DNA of 64,000 bases from the NCBI GenBank assembly GCA_024704765.1, contig JAKMXF010000343.1:186001-250000 (forward strand), read 5' to 3'. This DNA comes from Oopsacas minuta. Taxonomy: Eukaryota > Animalia > Porifera. The position numbers and the translations under genes are program-made. This document shows, in pieces, positions 14,245 to 24,900 of this stretch (its first letter is position 1; each line of letters begins with the position of its first letter). The notes below the pieces were generated by a model, which saw nothing but the letters and a program-made list of their open reading frames with translations, ran no database searches and was not told where the DNA came from.

Positions 14245-15423
14245 ACTGTCACACACCTCCCCTCTTTCTCTCTGATTCAAATTGCATGTAAGTTTAGATG
14301 AATTGTAATTATTTTCATTCTCATAAATAATTCAGTTTTGGTATTTCTATTCAGCTCTGTTATTACATTTGACACATTAATACGTATAGTAGCATTCATA
14401 TACTATTCAGATTATACAGTAGAACCTGCATAACCGTCACCACCCGTATATCCAGAAGATTGTCGAATCAGGATACATATATTTTGTTTTCAAGACAGGT
14501 ACGAATTTCCGAATAAGACAAAAATATTTACACAAAATCAAGTCCTTGCATAGATATTTAATTGGTATTACTCCAGATAAAGCAAACACATTTTGACCGT
14601 TCGTCTGTGTTCGTATTAACGAAGTTCCACTGTATACGTAATTTCGACGCACTTACCGAGTATTGGAGTGTGGATTCACCATGGATCAATGTGAGTACCA
14701 GGAACTAGACGACGTCGTAGAAATACATGTAATGACTTCCTCAGGATATCAATTCCAATTATTACTAAATGAATTCTAATTAGTTCTAGCCATGTATTGT
14801 ACTGGTAGCAGTATGTGCTTTTTTCCCAATGCAGTGATTTTCAGGTTTCTTTCCTACTAAATGCAAAAATATTACAACAAAAATACCTTTCAGTATAATT
14901 AGTAACTAAGGATTCTTAACTAGTTTTGTATAAAAATATATTCTCTAAAAGTCATTGTAATCTCCTTCTATAGTCAAGAGTACATTGCACTTGAAAGTAA
15001 TGGTTTTTATTTTAAAATACTTCCATGGTTTCTAATAAATGAGATATTTCACGACACAGAATGTCGGTCATGTTGTCTCTCCCAAATTTCATTTTATACA
15101 CTTGTTTTGAATTTTATTGATGGCAGATTTCCCCTTCTAATGAGTAATATCATTTCAGTTTTTTTTCTTATCCATAAGATGGCTTAATATTGAGTTACTT
15201 TTATTCAATCACAAATCTTGGCTTCCACATATCTATTGCAGGTTCTCATCTCCATTCATATGTTTGTGGATTTGAGATTCCTTACATTTATCTACAATTT
15301 ATCTAATTTTTCCTAATATTGCAATTGTTCTATTAAATTCTTATTTAACTTGAATTATAGATAATGTAGATTCCCTAATCCCATTGTTGATCAATCGAAT
15401 GAATAAACAAATACTAGGATAGG

Positions 15424-17226
15424 ATGGCCACTAGCGATGTCAATAACAACAATCCATCACCTCATCTTGGCACATCTCTCCTCCATGCAATAAGACCAAC
15501 TTTCCAAATGTTCGCTAAAGGCAAATTTCTTTTCAAAGCCGAATTAATAAAGGCGTTTCGAGCTCTGCAGTTAGAAGTAACCCTATCCGAATTGGACCAG
15601 TTGCTAGCTGGAGCTTGTATCGCAGCACGGCGGGTAGAAGCAGACTATTTAACATGTGGAGAGTTCGCTTTATCAGCTGTCGAATTCGTAAAGTTTAAAC
15701 GCGTACAAAAGCAGAGTGTTGAATCAAGGTTATCATCACTCCAACATAGTGAAGCAGATAATACTGGTGATGGCAACCATTATAGTGTATTCTTAGGAGG
15801 TTCTTGTAACCCCACGACTTGGAGAGTTGAAACAGCTATCCCGTACTTTGAAAAAGTTAAAGTTTCATATTACAATCCACAAGTAGACAATTGGTATCCG
15901 GAATTAATACAAATTGAGGAAGAAGCGAAAAGGAATTCAACGATAAAATTATTCGTTTTTGACTCAGAAACACGCGCACTTGCTTCCCTCGTAGAAACAG
16001 CATTCATGGCTAGTATTGGCTGGCGACTTGTCGTTGTATTACATTATCTATCTGAATCAGATGAAGTTAAAATAGCTGGAGAAACTCTCACAAAACAAGA
16101 AGTGAAAGATCTAAACAGAGGGAGAAGTTTCTTGTGTGATATCCTAGAGAAATCAGGTATACCTGTATTTGATAATCTTGAGGAAGCTTTGAAGTTAACC
16201 AGTGACCTCGTGCAAGGTAGAGACTCATACGAGCGAATTTTGCAGGCAAAGAAATGCACTACACATCATTACGGTACATGGCTAATAGAAATAAGGGAAA
16301 TATTTGATAAATTTAGCACATTGAATGTCAATCGTCGCTCCATCAATGATACACCAGGTTTTGATCGAAGATCGTTGCTATCCGCTAAACGACTTTCTGT
16401 ACCAGATATTCTAGACATGGATGTACAACGCAGCAAGCTACAAACCAACAAACCTGTCCCGTCGCTTAGCCCGAATGCAGCTATTTCAGCCTTAGAGCTA
16501 TTTCTGGAAACTCGTAGTCTGAATTCTTCTATCCAAAAAGGACTGAGTTTCTTGGATTTAGTTGGGTTACCCATTGACTATGAAGTATTTTGTCAGTTTA
16601 CTGCAGAAGCCGCTTACCAACATTATAACAGTATTTGGATATGGAGTTCATCCATTATGACTAATTTTTTTCGACACACATATTCTCTTCTGAAAAATGC
16701 GCTCAATCAATCTTTGGATTTAACCTCAGACCCTGAACCGCTTCAAGAGGAAGATAAGTCATCAGAATATGACGTATTTCTAGGCGGAACATGCGCTAAT
16801 ACGACTTGGAGGGAGGAAATAGGAATTCCACTTTTAAAAGCTAACAAAATATCTTATTACAATCCGCAGTTACCGCAAGAAGAATGGAGCGTTAGGAAAA
16901 TGGCTGATGAACATCTCGCTAAGCAAACAAGTAAAGTTCTCATTTTTATGATTTCTAAAATTTCTCCATCGATAGCCAGTATGACTGAAGCTGCCTACAT
17001 GATGACATCATCAAAGGCCGTGTTTCTAACAATTGAAGATATTAACCTTGAAGATGATAATTTCGCGTATCCCTTGACAAAAACCGCATGTAAAGATTAC
17101 AATAGAGGTAGAGCGTATCTGAAGAAAACCGCAGAAATATTCAACATACCAGTTTCTCACAATATAGAAGAAACTTTAGATTCGATTGTCAAACATTTTC
17201 AAGTTGAGACGCCAGTTTCAAGTTGA
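15424..17226 (+). CDS. Raw/OLRN-1-like protein: EF-hand-like regions plus two nucleoside 2-deoxyribosyltransferase-like domains (paralog A)
   Basis: Intronless 600 aa; motifs VFLGGSCNPTTWR..YYNPQVDNW..RALASLVE and VFLGGTCANTTWR..YYNPQL..SIASMTEAAY resemble Drosophila Raw repeats / Nuc_deoxyri_tr2 family. Confidence 0.8.
   Translation: MATSDVNNNNPSPHLGTSLLHAIRPTFQMFAKGKFLFKAELIKAFRALQLEVTLSELDQLLAGACIAARRVEADYLTCGEFALSAVEFVKFKRVQKQSVESRLSSLQHSEADNTGDGNHYSVFLGGSCNPTTWRVETAIPYFEKVKVSYYNPQVDNWYPELIQIEEEAKRNSTIKLFVFDSETRALASLVETAFMASIGWRLVVVLHYLSESDEVKIAGETLTKQEVKDLNRGRSFLCDILEKSGIPVFDNLEEALKLTSDLVQGRDSYERILQAKKCTTHHYGTWLIEIREIFDKFSTLNVNRRSINDTPGFDRRSLLSAKRLSVPDILDMDVQRSKLQTNKPVPSLSPNAAISALELFLETRSLNSSIQKGLSFLDLVGLPIDYEVFCQFTAEAAYQHYNSIWIWSSSIMTNFFRHTYSLLKNALNQSLDLTSDPEPLQEEDKSSEYDVFLGGTCANTTWREEIGIPLLKANKISYYNPQLPQEEWSVRKMADEHLAKQTSKVLIFMISKISPSIASMTEAAYMMTSSKAVFLTIEDINLEDDNFAYPLTKTACKDYNRGRAYLKKTAEIFNIPVSHNIEETLDSIVKHFQVETPVSS
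15968..16235. repeat. Left arm of 268-bp inverted repeat (pairs with 18577-18844)
   Basis: Reverse complement of 18577-18844 matches with 2 mismatches. Confidence 0.93.
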
Positions 17227-17435
17227 GCTTGTTTTTCTTTCATTTGTTCTGTAATTGTAATATTTGATCTTCCTATTTTCCTTTGGGTATATCATTGAAT
17301 TATATTACGGATCGTCTTATATCTGGATATTCAGGGGTGTATAGAGTCTCTCGAAGAAGCTATGTAAAGATATTAGATTTCTAATGGCAGTTTTTTGGGC
17401 ATATACTATTTGTATTAAGCTGGAGTTTTGTTGTA

Positions 17436-17600
17436 CAGTCAACTCCCCTTATATCGAAGCTCAAATGACCGCGATAATCGCTTCGATGTAAGCAGAGTTC
17501 GATATACCCAATGAAATATAAGTTACTTTGATGGTTTGGGACCATATTTGTAGAATTTCAGACTTCTATAAAAACCGGTATGAATCGGGAATATTTTTGG
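17436..17600. mobile_element. MITE family A (TIR CAGTCAACTCCCGTTATATCGAA), representative copy
   Basis: TA-flanked CAGTCAACTC end; same core (AGCTCAAGGGACCGCGATAA..TTACTTTGACGGTTTGGGAC..TTGTACAATTTCAGAC) recurs at ~435-525, 1610-1735, 5560-5640, 8835-8965, 12098-12220, 24217-24410, 30843-30969, 37318-37490, 44611-44779, 52198-52378. Confidence 0.8.
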
Positions 17601-17768
17601 TTATTCAAAAATACAATGTAAGTAACTAAATTGTACTTATTTCCCTCTTTGGCTTAACTTGTTACTACAATATAATGAATATTTATTTAATTCAGATCAC
17701 ACAATTGTCACAGTGAAAAGGAATTTTAATACACAAAATTTAAAGTAATTAATTCCATTTTTCAACAC

Positions 17769-19331
17769 TCACTTATCCTTAATAATCGCAGAAATCGCTT
17801 CATTAATAGTAGAGAATGCAGGAACTGAATATGCTTTCGCCGTGCCTCGAATATACAGTCTAGCTCGTTTATTATCTTTCTGAGCAGTCGCTGTCATTGT
17901 ATACGGAAAATCCTTCGAACTTACATCGAGATCTTCTACTACTAAATACACATTATGACCTACACCCATTAAATATGCTGCCTCAGTCAAGCTACCGATA
18001 GATGGCGAATCCTTTGAAATTACGAAAAGTACAGTTTTGCTTGTTTTCTTTGCCAAATTCTCTTCAGGAATTTTCCTAATATTCCATTGATCAACCTTTA
18101 ATTGCGGGTTATAATACGTAATATTGTTCTCTTCTAACAGCGGAATTGCTTTATCATTTCTCCATGTTGTATCACCACAGCTACCTCCTAAGAACACGTG
18201 GTAACAGTTATCTTCTTGATTATTCGATTCTCGATTCGGGGATTTTACCATTGAGCTTGTGTATTGTAAGAAACTGCCTAATAAAGACATACCCCATGTC
18301 CATAGACTGTTGTTGCATTGGTATACAGCTTCCGCAGTTAAAATGCAGAACATATCGAATGAAATATTGCAATTAATGAGATCTAAATATCTTAGACCAT
18401 TTCTGGTGGTTGAGGGAATGTTTTGTGTTTGTAGAAATTCCTGAAGGGCTGATAGAGTTTGATACGGTGTGATAGAGTTTGAATCATTTCCGGCCATTTG
18501 TTTGTTGAAAATATTTCTTAATTGTATCAGCCAATTTCCATACTGATAATCAGTTCGTGTATTTTGTGCTAGAATCCGCTCGTATGAGTCTCTACCTTGC
18601 ACGAGGTCACTGGTTAACTTCAAAGCTTCCTCAAGATTATCAAATACAGGTATACCTGATTTCTCTAGGATATCACACAAGAAACTTCTCCCTCTGTTTA
18701 GATCTTTCACTTCTTGTTTCGTGAGAGTTTCTCCAGCTATTTTAACTTCATCTGATTCAGATAGATAATGTAATACAACGACAAGTCGCCAGCCAATACT
18801 AGCCATGAATGCTGTTTCTACGAGGGAAGCAAGCGCGCGTGTTTGGCTATCAAAAACGACAAATTTCAGGAATGAATTTTTCTTTGCGCTTTCTTCGACC
18901 TGGATCAATTCAGGATACCAATCGTCAACTTGTGGGTTGTAGTAAGTTATATCTTCTCTTTCCAAATATGGAATGACAGTGTCTTTCCTCCAGGTCGTCG
19001 GGTTACAAGATCCAGCCAAAAATACGTCATATTTCCCTCCACTTTCTCTTAGTTGTTTTGTACATTGTTTCGGGACAGCTGATTGTAATTGCTTGTTATG
19101 TGTGAAAATTTCCATGACAAGAATCACGAATTCGCTATAAGTTAAGTAATCACTGGAAATTCTAGGATTCGCTTCACCCGCTGCACATAACATCTGGTCG
19201 ATATTCCCTGTAGAAGAACTTGTATTCAAAACGTTGAGTGCCAATTCGATATTTTCTCTGTACAACTTTTGATCATTCGCAAATGTATTGAATGTATCGC
19301 GAAATTTTTTGTTAAAAAACGAAACTGACAT
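17769..19331 (-). CDS. Raw/OLRN-1-like protein (paralog B), convergent with paralog A
   Basis: Intronless 520 aa; VFLAGSCNPTTWR..YYNPQVDDW and VFLGGSCGDTTWR..YYNPQL..SIGSLTEAAY; same domain order as paralog A. Confidence 0.8.
   Translation of the reverse strand: MSVSFFNKKFRDTFNTFANDQKLYRENIELALNVLNTSSSTGNIDQMLCAAGEANPRISSDYLTYSEFVILVMEIFTHNKQLQSAVPKQCTKQLRESGGKYDVFLAGSCNPTTWRKDTVIPYLEREDITYYNPQVDDWYPELIQVEESAKKNSFLKFVVFDSQTRALASLVETAFMASIGWRLVVVLHYLSESDEVKIAGETLTKQEVKDLNRGRSFLCDILEKSGIPVFDNLEEALKLTSDLVQGRDSYERILAQNTRTDYQYGNWLIQLRNIFNKQMAGNDSNSITPYQTLSALQEFLQTQNIPSTTRNGLRYLDLINCNISFDMFCILTAEAVYQCNNSLWTWGMSLLGSFLQYTSSMVKSPNRESNNQEDNCYHVFLGGSCGDTTWRNDKAIPLLEENNITYYNPQLKVDQWNIRKIPEENLAKKTSKTVLFVISKDSPSIGSLTEAAYLMGVGHNVYLVVEDLDVSSKDFPYTMTATAQKDNKRARLYIRGTAKAYSVPAFSTINEAISAIIKDK
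18577..18844. repeat. Right arm of 268-bp inverted repeat (pairs with 15968-16235)
   Basis: Direct base-by-base comparison. Confidence 0.93.
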
Positions 19332-21909
19332 TTTTGGTTCAAATAATTAGCTTGTCGATATGTTTGATACTTGGTTTCTCCAATTAACTTCTATTTATAT
19401 GTTTTAAAGCAAAACCTATTTTTCTATTATATAGCTGACCATTGAAACAAGATGAGAATGCTTTCTATGGAATCTCAAGTTGTATAGAACTGTGCCTTTG
19501 GTTGATCATTCAGTTTCAATTCCTTTCTATTATAATGGATGTGCTTGATGCTTGCCTTTCTTGTTCCATTTTATAAGGAGAAAATGGCTGACTGTCATTT
19601 CCTTCCAATTTAGAAACAAATCTGTATTCGGCTTAACAATTTAAGTCTTCCTGGCGTAATTAATTTTTCAATTATATATGAACTGATAGCTTAATTCGAG
19701 GTTAGATACTTACTATCCAAAATCATAACCAGAAGTAGTAGAGTCGTGGAATATGAACTCAGCAATTGAATAGGAACGGAAATAGCCGCTCGTTTGACAT
19801 GGTGAATCCTTCCAAAGCCTGGGTTCTGTCAAACCAGAGGAAGAATTTCATCCTTACCAACCCCTTTGAATAATTTTCCGGGATTTATTTGCTAAAACTT
19901 GGGATTTTTGACTAATTCCCTGATTTCTAAGTTCTAGATTCGTAAATGCAATTATTTGGGTAAAAGTCACAAATGCAGAATACAGTGGAGCATAAACCGG
20001 AACACGAAAATTTTGTCGGATTATACAATGTCGGGTTATGCAGGTTCCACTGTATTTGCGGATATTTTCTTGTATTTTCAAATTATGCCAGGTTAAATCA
20101 CCGGATAATCCAGCGTTCCCTGTAGGGTTGGCAAGTATGCATTTTACTGTTTAGTCTAAAACAGTCCACGTCCCTTTCATTATGTATTCCGTCATTCCTC
20201 TTAGAATAAGGTAGTACACGCATGTGTATGATTTCGTCTACATTGTTTATGTAATTGTCTATTAATATAATTTCCAATTCAGGAAGAATTCATGTTTTTA
20301 TACTTATGACTTTACACATATGTTTTCTATTATCTCATTGTTGTCTCATATACGCATGTGACTCCTCATCTGGAGCTACGTATGTGCATGTGTGTTTCTC
20401 TTTTGTTTCTGATATTTTGTACATTTGTATTAGGATTTCAATCATAGTTATGGCAGGTTAAGTTCTTGCAGTATTTGACTCATAATAAGGTGATCTATTC
20501 GTTACTAGTACCTCTTGAGCACTAGGCGGACGAATATAATTCAATATGGAAAATTTCTTGTTTGAAATTTCTTATAAATCTCTTTTCTCTTACGTACAAA
20601 TTCAATATTGTATAATTGACTGATGTGTAACATTATTCGATATGGCAATCGTTTCCATTTTTGGTGTATAGATTGTTCTAATACTATTACACAATTTCCT
20701 GTTTGATATTAACAGTTACTTCTGTAATTTTTTGCTATTCATTATTACGTTCTTGTATTTAGCTAGAATACATTATATTGGATTGCAAGGTCACGAGTCT
20801 TTTATATCGTTGTATTCCCGACAGATTTATTTAATTATTAGACTATCTAGCTGATATGAATTGTTATTGTTAGTATAATTTACAAAACAATATTTTAATA
20901 TAATTACAAGTTACGAGTGAATACTTGAATCAAATAATTATTCATTATCGTATTGAGCGTCCCAAACAACAGACAAATACAGATTAATAATTAATAATCT
21001 TGGTTACAACAAAACAGCACAAATATTAAATTAAATTTGGACTTCTGGTATCAATCAAAAAATTCCTGCAAATACAGCTAATATTTCTGAGAAATTCCGG
21101 TGGTTCTGCTTTCTAATTTTCCTACAACAAATTTCCTATACTTATAGTACATAGCAAGTCTAATATAAAACCGAAGTAATAAATGTATATACCTTGCAAT
21201 TACAGGTGTTTATGACCGCGTTTATGGTTAATTTTCGCATTTATATTCTTCTAATCTCTATTATTATAATCAATAATATTCAGAGACTTTATTTGTGCAT
21301 AGTAATTGAGAGTTTACCACAGAGCTAATGTAATAAAATGTGATCATTGTCTGCTTGATTATATCTATCGAGTGCTTTTGGTAACAATGAGATTTCAATA
21401 CTTTGCTACTCGAATATCAATATTATTGAAAGTTAAATACAGTAATGTAGAATCTCGTTATTACGTAGACTATATGACACCAGAAGTAGAAATTCTTATT
21501 CCTTAGCTGATACGTTTTACAATGGTGTAGCCAGGATTTCTCACTGATGGGAGTTATAGCATCTAACTAGCGGCCTCTTGGCCTGTACGCTCCATTGACA
21601 TGAGAAAAGTTGGTGGAATCTAAGAACTGTTTGTTTCATTACATTAATCTTCAAATATTTTAGGTTCCAATTACTAATCCGCACATTGAATTATAAATAT
21701 TGTAACAAATATTTCTTTATTAAAATGCTGCCTAGGAATACTTGCCGAATATGCCCCCTCCCTCTATTCCCCTCCCCCTAGCACTAGGAGGGACAAGAGT
21801 GAAGGGGAGCATCGCTGCTGATTAGCCAAAGTAATTTTCATTGACACTGTTGATAATCGTTGAACAGGATATTTCATAATATACAGATTCTATAAACTAG
21901 CTTATTATC

Positions 21910-24900
21910 ATGACAGAAGAAGAAGTGGATTTAGTAACTTTTATTATTGATTTCCTCAGTTCGAAGGAGACAATAGGATTTCTATGTGGATTTATTATGT
22001 CTGTTGGCTTGGTTGTTTGGTTTGTATTGCCTCGACATAAAAAGGTTGTTGAAGAGGTGGAACAAACAATTGAACCGGTTGTTAAAAAGCGCAGAAAGCA
22101 ACAGGAGCAAGGGTTAAGTAGGAAACAACTTTTAAAATTGGTGGAAGGGAAAAAGTTAGAAATTCAATTTTCGCATCCTTCGCTTGCGGGACATCTCAGA
22201 GGACATCAGGACAATTTGACAGATTTGAGTTTTGATGATAGGGGTCGTTATCTTGTAACAGCTAGTCAGGGTAAGTTGCCGCATTGCACTGTACCGACAA
22301 CTCTGATTACTGTATCACTGAACAGATGAATATTATTATCATATTCATATGTTCAGTGATACATTATTGTGTCTATGAACTCGAACTCTTGCATAATTGT
22401 CGTATCCCTCGATACTTTTCACAGATATGAGGGTAGGGATGATATGCTATAATTACTGTAATATTATACGATTGCAATATCGATTCTATAATTCAATTAC
22501 AGTGATATGAGTGTATGCATATGCGTAGTAAATCAGCAAGAATTCTGCAGAATATCTATTCAGTGATAATAGTAGGTTGTCTGCAAATATTGAGATATTG
22601 TGAGAAATTGAAGGTCAAAGTTCGAGTTGTATAGCTTAAATCAGCGGTTCTCAACTTGGGTTACATGGCCCCTTGGTGGTCTACTGACGACAGCAGGTGG
22701 TCCACAGGATCTTAAAATTGGTATTGCAGTCTATAGGAAGAGGTCGACGGGTGAATAAGGTTGGGAATCCCTGTCTTAAAAACACAATTTTGATATCGTG
22801 AATCAAATTATAAATTGTTATGGCTGATACTCAGATAATATTAATCTAAAAAATTAACTAAGAATTACATTTGTTTGATAATTATGTATCTTCCTATTTA
22901 GATCGGTCAATACGTATTTGGTACTCAAAGGATTTCTCCACAAATGATCATAGGTAATTAGCATATTAATAACGTAATTCAAATACAGTATCTAGATATC
23001 TCACATTTGCTGGTTGCAGTGCTTGCGTGCAAATTGCCAGATATGCTGACTCACAATTTCATACACCAATCTTGTAAGAGAGACGTTTAGTTTTAACAGA
23101 GCTGTATTTTGTTTCAATGTAATTTTCTAGAATTTTATTGAACTCATAACGACACTATATAGTACAACACATACTCTACATTTACCGGATGTATGTGCTA
23201 GCATGTGCACACAACGAATCAAAAAGCTGAATTGTCCAACTTTTTCCGAGCACACTAATACTAAATTTTCACGTCCCCTCCAATACCACAATAACCTAAT
23301 GTTCCAGTACATTATAACATTCCATCCAGCTCTCTTCTCTACTCCGGTTAGCATTTATTTGCTACTAAATATATTTGTTTATTGTCTAGATATGCACGTG
23401 CTTCAATACAACTTGATTTTGCTCTCAAAGTGAGAATCAGCCCAGATTGCAAGTTAGTGTTTAGAATAGCTACAAATACATCAGATATATTATAGATATA
23501 ACATTATACGTAGAGCCACTGCGCTCATAGCAATGTATGTGACTGTACTCCAGTAATCCTATTCCTCAATTATCAATTAAGTCTAATTAGTGTCAATATT
23601 TTCGTGAAGTACTAGATTATGAAATTATGTGTGTTATGAAAGTATTTGATTTATCGTTTGAAATAGAATATACAGTAGACACAGCCATCTGTTAAACGAA
23701 GTCTACTGACATAATATATTTTTATCTCTTTTAAGTTCAATATTTTTGTTATTCGCCTATTAATTTGTCATTTAATTAGAGCTCTTCTTGCATACACGAA
23801 TGAAGCTAGACATTTGAACGTTTACAGACTTAACAAGAATTCAAATGGCAACATCACTACTAGCTATGCTGGTGATTTCCCTTTGGTAACACAATTAATA
23901 TTTGTCTATCCAATCAATCGCCATGTCGATTTATTTTAGAGTAATTCTATCTCAAACACGTATACACTCCCTGGCCAAAAGTATTGGAACACCATACCAC
24001 TAATGACACATGTGGCATATGGAACTTTGTGAGAATATATGCATTGAATAGTCTGTGGATATATCAGAAAAGGCGATTGTAATGATAATATTAATGATAG
24101 AATTAAGTTCACAAATGTTTGAAACTATCTTCAGCCTATACAACTAAAGCAAATGCATATTTGTGCCAAATGTCAATTGTGGCCGAGTGTTCCAATACTT
24201 TTGGCCAGTGAGTGTATACTGAAATACCCGCTTATATCTAAGTTTGAAATTGTACAAATATTGTCCCAAACTATCAAAGTAACTTAAATATAATCGGTTA
24301 TATTGAAGTAATTATCGCGGTCCCTTGAGCTACGATATAACGGAAGTCGATATAACCGATGAATATATGTTACTTTGAAGGCTGCAACCATATTTCTTAC
24401 AATTTTCAGGCTTCGATAAAATGATAGTTGGCTATAGTTTATTCTGCATTGAATATTCAACTATTGTGTTATACAATTTTTAGGATCATAAAGGTGATCT
24501 GATCAGTCTGGACGTAGCTAGTCTAGGTACTTACATATTAGCTGGATATAGTGAGGGACGTATTTCTGTGTATTCAGTCAAAGGCAAGCAGTTATACACT
24601 AGGGATCTGGGAGTGAGTATTTTTAATAATTTAGTAGTGTACACGATAGAGGAAATGTAATGAAACGCTATTTCCAGAACTTTTTACACACTTCAGTCCG
24701 TCACCCACGTGATATTATCCATATAATCTAGGCTTATGAATAGGATTCTAATATATATGCATATATGCGGGGTGTCACGCCGACTCACGCCCCATCGAAA
24801 CGCCACAAGTGAAATTGTCTCGTTTGTGATGACCTACATGCTCCAGTCCCAAACAAATCTCCCACTAAATAATTCTATTCCATTTTTAGACTATAATAAC

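Noticed and set aside
14640-15320. Decayed coding-like frames on the minus strand (also ~20170-20950 and 26490-26843)
   Set aside because: Multiple in-frame stops and no recognisable family; cannot be supported as pseudogenes without a search.
16044-16574. Short antisense ORFs within long genes (also inside GTF2H1, KCNT, HCFC1 and DLEC1)
   Set aside because: Shadow ORFs of real coding sequence with no independent motifs.
17578-17592. TATGAATCGGGA match to the minisatellite anchor inside a MITE
   Set aside because: Single 12-mer with no further similarity; compatible with chance.
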